64,000 bases of DNA from an uncultured Verrucomicrobiae bacterium. Lineage in GTDB: Bacteria > Verrucomicrobiota > Verrucomicrobiia > Chthoniobacterales > UBA10450. Position numbers and translations under genes: made by a program. Shown one piece after another: positions 33,101-42,356 of this stretch. Location of the stretch: NCBI GenBank assembly GCA_963756875.1, contig CAVWPA010000003.1, positions 672,001-736,000 of the forward strand, given 5' to 3'. Every line of letters begins with the position of its first letter. Positions within the stretch are counted from its first letter, which is position 1. The notes under the pieces are model-generated. The model ran no database searches and was not told the DNA's origin. It worked only from the letters and a program-made list of their open reading frames with translations.

Positions 33101-33364
33101 GTCCATGCGATCGAGGAATTGCCGCATGTACGGGCTGAACGTTTCGACGTAGCGACGTTGTCCCTCGGCGTAAACGGTCTGGAAGGCGAGGCTCGATTTT
33201 CCGCTCCCGCTTGGGCCGGTGACGACCGTCAATTTCCCCAGCGGGAGATCGACATCGATGCCTTTAAGATTGTTCTGACGCGCCCCGCGGATCTCGACGC
33301 AGGCGTCCGGGGCGACCTGGTTGACGCGATTTTTCTGAGTGACCTTCGAACCCACTGGAAACAA
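27172..33364 (-). CDS. uvrA: Double-length excinuclease ABC subunit A (~2060 aa; apparent +1 frameshift at ~28935)
   Basis: Four Walker A motifs ([32 protein letters not shown]), four LSGGE signatures, UvrA zinc fingers; two overlapping ORFs join if one C is removed. Confidence 0.93.
28024..28093. repeat. REPIN-like element, GGAGGGAC family, in frame in uvrA
   Basis: TGGAGGGACACGCTCTGTCGTGTCC ... GGACGCGACGGAGCGCGTCCCTCCA; encodes GGTRSVAS...DTTERVPP. Confidence 0.88.
29840..30023. repeat. REPIN-like element, family A copy 2, in frame in the uvrA inter-module linker
   Basis: GAGCGCACGCGCCTCGCGTG ... CACGCGAGGCGCGTGCGCTCCCC. Confidence 0.88.
30307..30369. repeat. REPIN-like element, GTAG(C/T)GGCAG family, in frame in uvrA
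   Basis: CTGTAGTGGCAGCCGTGCCGGCTGC ... GCAGGCGACACGCCTGCCGCTACAG; encodes SVAAGVSPA...AAGTAATT. Confidence 0.88.
31162..31304. repeat. REPIN-like element, family A copy 3, in frame in uvrA
   Basis: GGGGAGCGCACGCGCCCCGCGTG ... CACGCGAGGGCGCGTGCGCTCCCC; encodes GSARALAC...TRGACAPQ. Confidence 0.92.
31791..31850. repeat. REPIN-like element, GTAGCGGCG family, in frame in uvrA
   Basis: TGTAGCGGCGCTCTATGAGCGTCG ... CGACGGTCATAGACCGCCGCTACA; encodes VAAVYDRR...DAHRAPLQ. Confidence 0.9.
32371..32400. repeat. Heptamer tandem (GAGAGTT-type), in frame in uvrA ([10 protein letters not shown])
   Basis: GAGAGTT GTTAGTT GAGAGTT GAGAGC; related intergenic tandem at 36854-36882. Confidence 0.65.
32683..32840. 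repeat. REPIN-like element, family A copy 4, in frame in uvrA
   Basis: GGAGAGCGCACGCGCCTCGCGTG ... CACGCGAGGGCGCGTGCGCTCCCC. Confidence 0.92.
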
Positions 33365-33394
33365 TCCCAGATGGCGAGGTTCTTCGCAAATTCA

Positions 33395-33479
33395 CTGTAA
33401 GACGTTTTGCTCAGCGAAACGCGGCGCTGAAGGGCCTTAACGCGCATGCGCCGCGTCGCCCGGAGGGCGACGGCTACAG
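33395..33479. repeat. REPIN-like element (GTAGCCGTCGCCC family, one arm decayed)
   Basis: CTGTAAGACGTTT..AAACGCGGCGC ... GCGCCGCGTCGCCCGGAGGGCGACGGCTACAG, upstream of uvrA. Confidence 0.65.
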
Positions 33480-33480
33480 G

Positions 33481-33520
33481 GTCATCCCGAACGAAACGAC
33501 GTCTTCGCGACTCGGGATGA
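33481..33520. repeat. GTCATCC-family hairpin downstream of PEPCK
   Basis: GTCATCCCGA ... TCGGGATGAC; related half-element at 51398-51426. Confidence 0.6.
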
Positions 33521-33526
33521 CAGAGT

Positions 33527-35335
33527 TTAACCCTTGAGCCGCGCCGCGAGCTGTTCCTGTTGTTTATACAGCTCGTCGGGAACAACGCCGCCTAACGAAT
33601 CGAAAAACTTTTTGTGCTCGGCGATCTCTTTCTGCCACTCCTCGTGATCGACGCCGAGGATTTCGACGATGCATTGGTGGTCGACCTCCAGCCCGGCAAG
33701 ATCGAGATCGTGCAGACCGGGCAACCAGCCGATGGGCGATTCGACTGCGCCGCCGGATTCTTCGCAGCGATCGATGATCCACTTGAGTACGCGCAGGTTT
33801 TCGCCGAAACCGGGCCAGAGAAATTTTCCGTCGCTGCCTTTCCGGAACCAGTTCACGTTAAAAATGAGCGGCGGATGGGTCAGACGTTTTCCAATGTCCA
33901 TCCAGTGCCGGAAATAATCGCCGATGTTGTATCCGCAAAACGGCAACATCGCCATCGGATCGCGTCGCACCCGGCCCACGGCACCGGTTGCGGCGGCGGT
34001 GGTTTCCGACGCCATGGTCGCGCCCAGATAAACACCGTGCTCCCAATCGAACGCCTGAAACACGAGCGGCACCGTGTCGCTGCGGCGTCCGCCGAAAATA
34101 ATCGCGCTGATCGGCACGCCTTCGCCCTTCTCGATGGCCTGATCGAGCACGGGATTATTCCGCATTGGCGTGGTGAAGCGGCTGTTGGGATGCGCCGCTT
34201 TCTCCTTCGACGCGGGCGTCCAATCGTTGCCCTGCCAATCTTTCGCGTGCCCGGGCGGCGGACCGTCCTTGCCTTCCCACCAGGCGTCGCCGTCATCGGT
34301 GAGCGCGACGTTTGTGTAGAGCGTGTCGTGCGCGATCGATTTCATCGCGTTGGGGTTTGACTTGTAACTCGTGCCCGGCACGACGCCGAAATAGCCGTTC
34401 TCGGGATTGACCGCGTACAACCGGCCGTCGCGAATCTGCATCCAGCCGATGTCGTCGCCGATCGTCGTGACTTTCCAGCCCTTGAAATGTTCCGGGGGAA
34501 CGAGCATGGCAAAATTGGTCTTCCCGCACGCGCTCGGGAACGCGGCTGCCACGTAGTGTTTGCGGCCTTCGGGCGATTCCACACCGAGGATCAGCGTGTG
34601 CTCGGCCATCCAACCCTGTGTCCGTGCCAGATACGAACCGATACGCAACGCGAGACATTTCTTGCTCAACAAGACATTGCCGCCGTAACCCGAACCGACC
34701 GAGATAATGGCGTTGTCCTGTGGAAAGTGGCAAATGAACCGGCGCTCCGGGTCGATATCTAATAATGAGTGGACCCCGCGGTTCCATTCCGCGGCCGGGT
34801 CGTCACTGAGCCGCTCGACCGCGGCCGCGCCCATGCGCGTCATGATGCGCATGCTAAGCACGACGTAGATGGAATCGGTAATTTCGAACCCGACTTTTGC
34901 GAGCGGCGAATCGACCGGGCCCATGATGTAGGGAATGACGAACATGGTGCGGCCGCGCATCGCGCCCTTGAGCAGGCCCTGCAGCTTTGAATATGTCTCG
35001 CGCGGTTCGGACCAGTTGTTCGTGGGGCCAGCCTCTTCTTTCGTCGGTGTGCAGATGAAAGTGAATTGCTCGACGCGTGCGACATCGTTCGGATTCGAGC
35101 GATGCAAAAACGAGTGGGGAAGCTTTTCCTCGTTGAGTTTAATCAACACACTTTGGCGGCAGGCTTGTTCGAGCAGGAACTCGTTTTCGGCGTCCGAGCC
35201 GTCACACCAAAAAATATTTTCCGGCTGAGTCAGCTTCGCGACGTCGCGCACCCAATCGAGCACCGCCTGATTCGCCGGCTTTGCTGTCTCCCCTGTCCGG
35301 AAGGGAGTGGAGATGGCAGGCGCAATATTATTCAT
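33527..35335 (-). CDS. pckG: Phosphoenolpyruvate carboxykinase (GTP)
   Basis: AFPSACGKTNFAM, GDDI, NPENGYFGV, DPMAMLPFCGYN; start taken at ATG 35335. Confidence 0.96.
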   Translation of the reverse strand: MNNIAPAISTPFRTGETAKPANQAVLDWVRDVAKLTQPENIFWCDGSDAENEFLLEQACRQSVLIKLNEEKLPHSFLHRSNPNDVARVEQFTFICTPTKEEAGPTNNWSEPRETYSKLQGLLKGAMRGRTMFVIPYIMGPVDSPLAKVGFEITDSIYVVLSMRIMTRMGAAAVERLSDDPAAEWNRGVHSLLDIDPERRFICHFPQDNAIISVGSGYGGNVLLSKKCLALRIGSYLARTQGWMAEHTLILGVESPEGRKHYVAAAFPSACGKTNFAMLVPPEHFKGWKVTTIGDDIGWMQIRDGRLYAVNPENGYFGVVPGTSYKSNPNAMKSIAHDTLYTNVALTDDGDAWWEGKDGPPPGHAKDWQGNDWTPASKEKAAHPNSRFTTPMRNNPVLDQAIEKGEGVPISAIIFGGRRSDTVPLVFQAFDWEHGVYLGATMASETTAAATGAVGRVRRDPMAMLPFCGYNIGDYFRHWMDIGKRLTHPPLIFNVNWFRKGSDGKFLWPGFGENLRVLKWIIDRCEESGGAVESPIGWLPGLHDLDLAGLEVDHQCIVEILGVDHEEWQKEIAEHKKFFDSLGGVVPDELYKQQEQLAARLKG

Positions 35336-35524
35336 GGTAAACGTGGCATGGGCCTCCGGCCCATGAATCATCGGCAGCCGCTTTCGCAGGACGAATTCGG
35401 CGTGCCAGGCGATGCCGATGCCACAGAGAAGCCATCTTCGCCGCATATGGCAAACTTCTCCAAGAAATTTTTCGCGGGCCTTCGAAGTCGGTTGCGCGCG
35501 GTAAACGGCAGCGTTTATTGATGC

Positions 35525-36370
35525 ATGTTCGGAGTTACCACCTCCGATGATTATCGGCCGGTTGCATGGATGGGACGTTATCCACTCGACGTCACAACGA
35601 TCCTGGTCGGGGTACACGTCGCGCTGGCCGTCGGTGCCTGCCTTCTAATTGCGCTGGGCGCCGGACCGGTACTCGGCTATCTCCAATTCGACAGCGCTGC
35701 TGTTTTGTACAGCGGCCAGATCTGGCGTCTTGCCACCTATGCATTCGTTCACGCTCCTTCGATGCTGCTTTGGTTCGCGGTCGAGATGTACATGCTGTTT
35801 GTGTTTGGCCGGGAAGTGGAACGCTTTATTGGCCAGCGGGCCTATGTCGCTCTCTACGGCATCTTGCTTTTAGCGCCCACCCTTTTGCTCACTGGCTGGG
35901 GCGTCTGGCAGCGGTCGGGTCTTGCAGGTTCGCCCGCGTTGCACTTCGGAATTTTCGTCGCCTTCGCAACGATCTATCCGCGAGCAGAACTGCTTCTTCG
36001 GATCACCGCCAAATGGGCCGCTGTTATTCTCGGAGGCATTTACACGATGCAACTGCTCGCCTACCACGCCTGGAGCGATCTGGTCGTGGTCTGGACAAGC
36101 ATCGGCGCGGCATTCCTGTTCGTGGAATTGCGCGGCGCAGGACCGGAGTTGGCATGGTGGAACAAGATGAAGGAATCTGCGCGGCCACGTCCCAAATTCC
36201 GGGTCGTGCAGAAATCAATCCCCCGCCGGGACGCGGAGCCGGACGATCTGTACGATTCGGTCGATCCGATTCTCGACAAAATTTCCAAATCCGGCATCGG
36301 GAGTCTGACTGCAAACGAGAAAAAAATTCTCGATCGCGCGCGGGACCGGCTTTTGAAGAAGGAGAAGTAA
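35525..36370 (+). CDS. Rhomboid-family intramembrane protein
   Basis: GQIWRLATYAFVH, FGREVE, C-terminal VDPILDKISKSGIGSLT..E module. Confidence 0.8.
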   Translation: MFGVTTSDDYRPVAWMGRYPLDVTTILVGVHVALAVGACLLIALGAGPVLGYLQFDSAAVLYSGQIWRLATYAFVHAPSMLLWFAVEMYMLFVFGREVERFIGQRAYVALYGILLLAPTLLLTGWGVWQRSGLAGSPALHFGIFVAFATIYPRAELLLRITAKWAAVILGGIYTMQLLAYHAWSDLVVVWTSIGAAFLFVELRGAGPELAWWNKMKESARPRPKFRVVQKSIPRRDAEPDDLYDSVDPILDKISKSGIGSLTANEKKILDRARDRLLKKEK

Positions 36371-36389
36371 CGCGGGCGCGCCTGGTGGT

Positions 36390-36842
36390 TCACAACGCCC
36401 GTCGCAGTAAATCGACAAACTGGGCCGATGTTTTCGCGCGCAGGATAGCGGCGCGTATTGCGTTATCGCGCAAAAGACGCACAAAGGCGCCGACACAAAT
36501 CAAGTACTCGTTCGCCAACCGTTGCGGCACTCCGATCAGAAAAATCAGCCGGGCGCGCCGGTTTTTTCCAAACGGGATCCCCGTGTCGCTGCGCCCGATT
36601 CCGAGCACGATTTGATCGACCAGGTCGGTGCGCAAATGTGCAAACGCGATCTGGCGCTCGACCGTGCTGGCGTGGACTTCCTGGCGCGCCAGCAGTTGTT
36701 CGAGAAATTTTTCGGGGTCGTCGATTTTGCCATTTGCGCCGAGCATTTGAACGAGCTCGCGCAAGGCGCCGACCTTGGTGGGCGCCCGCAATTGCAGGGA
36801 AACCTGCTTTTCGTCGAGGAGATCGGCTGGAGCGATGGCCAT
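36390..36842 (-). CDS. PTS IIA-domain protein (PtsN-like)
   Basis: LARQEVHAST..IAFAHLR (phospho-His motif), GIPFG, LIFLIG; ATG 36842. Confidence 0.85.
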   Translation of the reverse strand: MAIAPADLLDEKQVSLQLRAPTKVGALRELVQMLGANGKIDDPEKFLEQLLARQEVHASTVERQIAFAHLRTDLVDQIVLGIGRSDTGIPFGKNRRARLIFLIGVPQRLANEYLICVGAFVRLLRDNAIRAAILRAKTSAQFVDLLRRAL

Positions 36843-36853
36843 AGGATTTAGTC

Positions 36854-36882
36854 GATAGTTGATGGTTGATAGTTGATAGTCG
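36854..36882. repeat. Heptamer tandem GATAGTT x4 in the divergent intergenic region
   Basis: GATAGTT GATGGTT GATAGTT GATAGTC. Confidence 0.75.
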
Positions 36883-36890
36883 AACGCGAA

Positions 36891-37697
36891 ATGCCCGATG
36901 CCATCAACTTCGCAAAGCTCTGCGAAATCGTCGCGAAGCTGCGCGCGCCAGGGGGCTGCCCCTGGGATCGCGAGCAAACCCATGAATCGCTTCTGCCCGC
37001 GCTTATCGAAGAGGCTTACGAGGTGGCCGGAGCGGTAAGACAATCGGACGACGCAAATTTTCGCGAAGAACTCGGCGATCTTCTCCTGCTCGTGGTCATG
37101 AACGCCGAAATCGCGCGCGAGTCGGGTCGATTCGATATCGACAGTGTGATTCGCGAAGTGACCGAAAAACTGGTGCGGCGCCATCCCCACGTTTTCGGCA
37201 AGAGCGATGCGCGCGACAGCGGCGCGGTCTTGAAACAATGGGAAGCGATCAAGCGAGAGGAAAAGGCGGACTCCCATTATCTTGCCAGTTTGCCGAAAGC
37301 GTTGCCGGCACTGGTCCGCGCGCAGAAAGCACAAAACAAAGTCGCGCGCGTGAACTTTGATTGGAAAAAAATCGAAGATGTTCTCGCGAAGGTGGATGAA
37401 GAGCTGGCGGAAACGAAAGACGCGATTCAATCACAAGATGGACCGTCGATCGAGGATGAGATCGGCGATTTGCTTTTCGCCGTCGTGAATTTATCCCGCA
37501 AATGCAAGATCGATTCTGAGAGCGCGTTGCAAAAGGCGACCGACAAGTTTGTCGCGCGGTTTAACCGGCTGGAAGACGAACTTCGATCGCGCGGCAAGAA
37601 GCTGGGAGATGTGGATCTGGCGGAGTTGGATGAGATCTGGGAGGAGATAAAGAAGCGGAAAACGCCGAACGTCCAACGCCCAACGCCGAATGTCTGA
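36891..37697 (+). CDS. mazG: Nucleoside triphosphate pyrophosphohydrolase
   Basis: LRAPGGCPWDREQTHESL, EELGDLL, RRHPHVF, DEIGDLLF. Confidence 0.97.
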   Translation: MPDAINFAKLCEIVAKLRAPGGCPWDREQTHESLLPALIEEAYEVAGAVRQSDDANFREELGDLLLLVVMNAEIARESGRFDIDSVIREVTEKLVRRHPHVFGKSDARDSGAVLKQWEAIKREEKADSHYLASLPKALPALVRAQKAQNKVARVNFDWKKIEDVLAKVDEELAETKDAIQSQDGPSIEDEIGDLLFAVVNLSRKCKIDSESALQKATDKFVARFNRLEDELRSRGKKLGDVDLAELDEIWEEIKKRKTPNVQRPTPNV

Positions 37698-37736
37698 ATT
37701 CAGCATTGGACGTTCCACATTGGGCGTTCGGCGTTT
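37660..37736. repeat. Heptamer-built inverted repeat, AACGYCS family copy 1; supplies the mazG C-terminus
   Basis: AACGCCG AACGTCC AACGCCC AACGCCG ... TTGGGCGTTCGGCGTT. Confidence 0.85.
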
Positions 37737-37772
37737 GCTTCTGCTCTTGCTTTGGCGATATTGCCCGTCCCC

Positions 37773-38225
37773 ATGTCGATTCTGATTAATTTCCTACTCG
37801 CGGCTTACGTGGTGGTCGCGCTGCTGATGGTCTTCGTGATCCTGATGCAGCGCCCGCGGAGTGAAGGCCTGGGTGCGGCATTTGGCGGCGGCGTGACCGA
37901 AAATATTTTCGGCGCGCAGACCACGAATGTGCTCGTGAAATTTACGGCCTGGCTGGCGGGCATCTTTTTCGCGATTACATTCGTGCTGTCGATCCTGTAT
38001 GCCCACAGAGCCACCGGCGATACCAGCACTCTGCGGCGCGAATTGCTGAAAACCGAAACTGCGCCGCAAAGTGCGCCCGCATCTCCGGGCACCCAAAATT
38101 CTCCGGCGCCTTCCGTTGTGCCATCGGCGGCTGCTCCAGCGGCCGGCGGTTCGCCGACGGGAACTGTTCCAGCGCGGCCTGTTGCTCCGGCGCCAGCCAA
38201 GGCGAAAGTGACGCCGAAGCCGTAG
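37773..38225 (+). CDS. secG: Preprotein translocase subunit SecG
   Basis: ILMQRPRSEGLGAAFGGG, two TMs, Pro/Ala-rich tail. Confidence 0.93.
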   Translation: MSILINFLLAAYVVVALLMVFVILMQRPRSEGLGAAFGGGVTENIFGAQTTNVLVKFTAWLAGIFFAITFVLSILYAHRATGDTSTLRRELLKTETAPQSAPASPGTQNSPAPSVVPSAAAPAAGGSPTGTVPARPVAPAPAKAKVTPKP

Positions 38226-38235
38226 AACCGGTTGG

Positions 38236-41200
38236 TTACTCCTGTGCCGACGTTTCCGCCGCGGGGATATGGGTCTTAAATAAGACGAGCAGGGCGGGAA
38301 GGACAATCAGCACGAGCGGCAGCGCGAAAACCAGACCGGCAATAATGGCGATAGCCAGCGGCTGCTGCATCGCCGAGCCGCGACCGATCCCAAGTGCAAG
38401 GGGCGACAAAGCCAGAATTGCCGCGAACGCAGTCATGAAAATCGCGCGCATCCGATTGATCCCGGCAAGAACAAAGCGGTCGTCGGTCGGTGGAAGTTCG
38501 CGAAACTCGGAATAATAGAAAATCGCGATCTCGGTCACGATCCCGACGATCATGGTCATGCCCATGCGTGAGGTGATGTTGAATTCCGTCCCGGAGACCC
38601 ATAGCCCCAGGAAAACGCCGGCGACGGCGAACAACGGGATGAGGAGCATGGCGATTGCGACGCGGAAGCTTTCGTAAAGAAAAAGCAACAACAGAAAGAC
38701 CAGAATTAGGGCGGCGATTAAGATGATCGTGAGTCCATGAAATGCGATCTGCTGTTGTTCGTAGAGGCCGCCGAACGTGTAGAGGATGTTGCCCGGAATC
38801 ACTCCAGAGCTGGCGAGCTTCCTTTTGACGTCGCGAACCGTCGAACCCAGATCGCGACCGCTGATGCGCGCGGTCACTGCCGCCATGCGTTTCAAATCCT
38901 CACGCATGATTTCCGGCTGGCCGCTCAGCGGGATGAGTGTGGCCACGCGCTTCAGTGGAAAGAGGTGGCCGTCCGGCGCGCGCAAAAGGAGATTTTCGAT
39001 GTCGCGCATGGTTTCGCGCGCGTCGTGCGGAATCCAAACACGCACGCCGATCAACTTCGGCCCCTGTTGCACATAGGTGGTCACCCTGCCGGCAAGGAAA
39101 TCGTCGAGCGCTTTGGTGACTGCGTCGGGATCCATTCCTTCGAGCGCGACTTTGACCCGGTCGACCTGGATGTTGAGCGCATCGCCCGCCGGGACGATGC
39201 CATTTTTCACCTCAACTACGCCGTCCACTTTTGAAATGGTATCGGCAACTTTTGGCGCGAGTTTGCGCAATGTTGCCTCGTCGTCCGAAAAGAGTTTGAT
39301 TTCGATCGGTTGCGGCACACTGGTCAGGTCGCCGATCAGATCTTCCATGAGTTGCAACGTCTCGATTTGCAGACCAGGCACATGTTTTTCCACCTGCGTG
39401 CGCACGCCATCCATCACTTGTTCGATTCCGCGCCGTGGAAACGGTTTTAAGCGAACGAAAAAATCGCCGGTGTTGGCTTCGGTAATTCCGCCGCCGAGTT
39501 GAAGCCCGGTGCGGCGGGAGTAGGTCTGGACCTCCGGCGTTTTTTGCAGAATCGATTCCACCTGCCGAAGAAGGCGGTCAGTCTCGGCCAGAGAAGTGCC
39601 CGGCGGCGAGATGTAATCGAGAATGAAACCGCCTTCGTCCATCACCGGCATGAAACCGGAGCCCACATTTTTAAAGGCGACAAAACCAAGGAAGAGCAGC
39701 GGAATGATAAGGAAGAATACAAGGCGCGGCCGACGCAGCAGACGCTGCATTTTGTCGCGATAGAATTCGTGCAGACGGCGCATGGGCGCAGCGTGTTGAT
39801 CGAGTGGCGCGCCTTCGTGCTTTAGCAGGACCGCGCAGAGAATCGGCACCGCCAGCCAGGCGACCGCAAACGAGATAAGAAGACTGGACGCCATGGTCAG
39901 GGAAAGGGCCTTGAAAAACGCACCGGTTACGCCGGTAAGAAAAGCGAGCGGCGTGAAAATGATGATGGTGGCCGCAGAGGAGCCGGCGAGCGGATTAGTG
40001 AATTCACCGGCGGCACGGAGAACACGGGAGCGGGTGTCGCCTTCGATCGAACCGCGGACACGGCGGTCGATGTGTTCCACCATCACAATGGCGTCATCTA
40101 TTATGAGTCCCACCGCCGCCGCCATGCCGCCCAGCGTCATGATGTTGAAACTCATTTTCAGCACATAGAGGAGGAGGATGGTCGCCGCCAACACGGCGGG
40201 GACAGTCAGCGTCGCGATCAATGTCACTTTCCAATCCCGCAGAAATATGAACAGGACGATTGCGGCGAGAAGAACGCCGATGACGACTGCGTCGCGCGTG
40301 CTGTGTTCGGAAGTGGTGATGAGCTCGCTCTGGTCGTACCAATTCGCGGTCTTCACGCCCTCCGGAATCTGTTTTTTTATGTCGCGTAGTTTTGCCCGGA
40401 TGCCGCGCGCGATTTCCACCGTGTTACCGGATGGTTGTTGGTAGACTTGAAAAATGACCGCGTCGTGGCCATCGGCGGTCACTCGAATCCATTGCGGCTG
40501 GGACGAGTGTTCGATCGTCGCCACGTCGTCGAGCAAGACCACGCCGTCGGGGGTGGAACGCAGCACGGTGTGCTCGATTTCATCGAATTTCCGAAACCGC
40601 GTGTCGGAGACGACCAGATAAAGCTTGTCGTATTGCTCCAGACGGCCGACGGCGACGAGAACGTTCGAGCCGGAAAGCGCGCTTGCCACGTCGGCGATGG
40701 TCATCTTGAACGACTGCAATTTGTCGGGATCGATATCGACCCGGTATTCCTCAACGCGGCCGCCCTGGACGCCGACGCGCGCGACTCCCGGGACCGTGGA
40801 AAGGGCCGGACGCAGTGTGTAGAGCGCGAGGTCGCGCAACTCGACAAGCGAATGCGAATCGGATGTCAGGCTGTACGCGATGACGGGAAACACAGTCGGA
40901 TCCATGCGCTCGACTTCAAAAGAAGTGCCGGTCGGAAGGGACGGCAGAATTTTGTTCACCTCCGATTCGCATTGGAGCATGGCCGAGATCATGTTCTGAC
41001 CCCAACTAAAGTTGACGGAGATTTCCGCGGTGCCGCGGCTGGTGGTCGATCGGATGCCGCGAACGCCAGGAATAGCGCGCACCGCTTCTTCCACCGGCGT
41101 GGTTATTTCCACAACCATGCGCTCCGCGGGGCGATCGCCGGCATCGAGCGTGATCCGGACGCGAGGAAAACTAACCTGCGGGAAAAGTGCGACCGGCAGC

Positions 41201-41292
41201 GAGAAACTGGCGATCACGCCGGCGAGTGCGAGCGCGCCGAGCAAAAACAAAATCGAGCGGGCATGGCCCTGCGCCCACGCGGTCAGGCTCAT
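38236..41292 (-). CDS. RND efflux permease (CusA/CzcA-like)
   Basis: 1018 aa, IIDDAIVMVEHI, RMRAIFMT, QQPLAIAIIAG. Confidence 0.92.
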   Translation of the reverse strand: MSLTAWAQGHARSILFLLGALALAGVIASFSLPVALFPQVSFPRVRITLDAGDRPAERMVVEITTPVEEAVRAIPGVRGIRSTTSRGTAEISVNFSWGQNMISAMLQCESEVNKILPSLPTGTSFEVERMDPTVFPVIAYSLTSDSHSLVELRDLALYTLRPALSTVPGVARVGVQGGRVEEYRVDIDPDKLQSFKMTIADVASALSGSNVLVAVGRLEQYDKLYLVVSDTRFRKFDEIEHTVLRSTPDGVVLLDDVATIEHSSQPQWIRVTADGHDAVIFQVYQQPSGNTVEIARGIRAKLRDIKKQIPEGVKTANWYDQSELITTSEHSTRDAVVIGVLLAAIVLFIFLRDWKVTLIATLTVPAVLAATILLLYVLKMSFNIMTLGGMAAAVGLIIDDAIVMVEHIDRRVRGSIEGDTRSRVLRAAGEFTNPLAGSSAATIIIFTPLAFLTGVTGAFFKALSLTMASSLLISFAVAWLAVPILCAVLLKHEGAPLDQHAAPMRRLHEFYRDKMQRLLRRPRLVFFLIIPLLFLGFVAFKNVGSGFMPVMDEGGFILDYISPPGTSLAETDRLLRQVESILQKTPEVQTYSRRTGLQLGGGITEANTGDFFVRLKPFPRRGIEQVMDGVRTQVEKHVPGLQIETLQLMEDLIGDLTSVPQPIEIKLFSDDEATLRKLAPKVADTISKVDGVVEVKNGIVPAGDALNIQVDRVKVALEGMDPDAVTKALDDFLAGRVTTYVQQGPKLIGVRVWIPHDARETMRDIENLLLRAPDGHLFPLKRVATLIPLSGQPEIMREDLKRMAAVTARISGRDLGSTVRDVKRKLASSGVIPGNILYTFGGLYEQQQIAFHGLTIILIAALILVFLLLLFLYESFRVAIAMLLIPLFAVAGVFLGLWVSGTEFNITSRMGMTMIVGIVTEIAIFYYSEFRELPPTDDRFVLAGINRMRAIFMTAFAAILALSPLALGIGRGSAMQQPLAIAIIAGLVFALPLVLIVLPALLVLFKTHIPAAETSAQE

Positions 41293-42356
41293 TTCTTTTT
41301 TGGGATTGCCACGGCCATCCCGTCTTCAAGCTCGTAATTGCCGACGATAACGACGGGCATGCCCTGGTGCAGATCGTTCGCCATGATTTGCACTTCTTTT
41401 CCGTTCTGGACGCCAATTTTGACGGTGTGTTTGACGGCGCGATTGTTTGCCACCGTAAAGACCTGATAGCCGCGCGATTCGTCAGGCAGGACAGCGGAAC
41501 GCGGCGCCACCAGCACGTTCTTTTCCGTATGTTCAATTTCGCCGCGCACGTAAGAGTCCAGCAACAATTTGGTCCCCTCCGGCAACGCCACGTAAACTTC
41601 GACCAGCCGCGTCGCCGGATCGATGCGATGCGTGACCAGCCGGATCGAACCTTCCACACTGGCCTCATTCGGATTGTTCACTGGAAAGATCGAAACGGGG
41701 GCGCCTTCCACTGCTGCCGCAAGATCTTCCGCCTCGACGCCCAGCTTCACTTCAATCTCGTTCTCAGCGACGATCTCGACGAGCGGTCCGCCGGCCGGAA
41801 CGATCTGCCCGTCCTGCACATTGACTTTGGCGATGACGCCGGCCATGTCCGCATGGATGCGATTGTCGCCCCCCGCGCCGGCGCGTTGCAACGCGCTGAG
41901 TTGCGCCGCCGCATCGCGTGCCGTTTTTTCCGCCGCGCTCAGGTCCTGGTTGGTCGCGAGTTTCAAATTGAAGCGCGTCTGGGTTTGCTTGAGTTCCTTT
42001 TGCGCGGTTTCGGCGGCGTTTTTCGCCTGTTGAAATTGCAGCTGTGCCGCAGGGCTCGGTTCGATTTCGGTCAGCGGATCGTCTTCGCGCACGAATTGGC
42101 CCGGCGCCACGAGGATATGCTGGACGCGTGTCTCGAATGCCACGGAGACCGAATGTGTTTTGCCCGGCTGCGCGATCACGCTTCCGTAAACTGTGATTTT
42201 CTCGGTGATCGCTTTGTTCTCCAAATTTGCTACCTGCACTTGCGCGATGGGGCCGCCTTCCTTTTTCTCTTTTCCAACGCTGAACCGTTGCACGATCCAC
42301 GCAAGAACAAGGATGACGGCGAGCGCCGCCGCGATGATGGCGAATGTCTTTTTCAT
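41289..42356 (-). CDS. RND periplasmic adaptor (membrane fusion protein)
   Basis: N-terminal anchor, lipoyl halves flanking a helical hairpin, IDPATR, APRSAV. Confidence 0.92.
   Translation of the reverse strand: MKKTFAIIAAALAVILVLAWIVQRFSVGKEKKEGGPIAQVQVANLENKAITEKITVYGSVIAQPGKTHSVSVAFETRVQHILVAPGQFVREDDPLTEIEPSPAAQLQFQQAKNAAETAQKELKQTQTRFNLKLATNQDLSAAEKTARDAAAQLSALQRAGAGGDNRIHADMAGVIAKVNVQDGQIVPAGGPLVEIVAENEIEVKLGVEAEDLAAAVEGAPVSIFPVNNPNEASVEGSIRLVTHRIDPATRLVEVYVALPEGTKLLLDSYVRGEIEHTEKNVLVAPRSAVLPDESRGYQVFTVANNRAVKHTVKIGVQNGKEVQIMANDLHQGMPVVIVGNYELEDGMAVAIPKKK

Noticed and set aside
27172..33364. Inteins or introns in uvrA
   Set aside because: Inserts are far too short, lack C/S...HN splice termini and group I/II features, and are DNA palindromes with intergenic relatives
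36843..37430. N-terminal extension of the PTS IIA ORF
   Set aside because: It is antisense to mazG; the PTS IIA domain starts at ATG 36842
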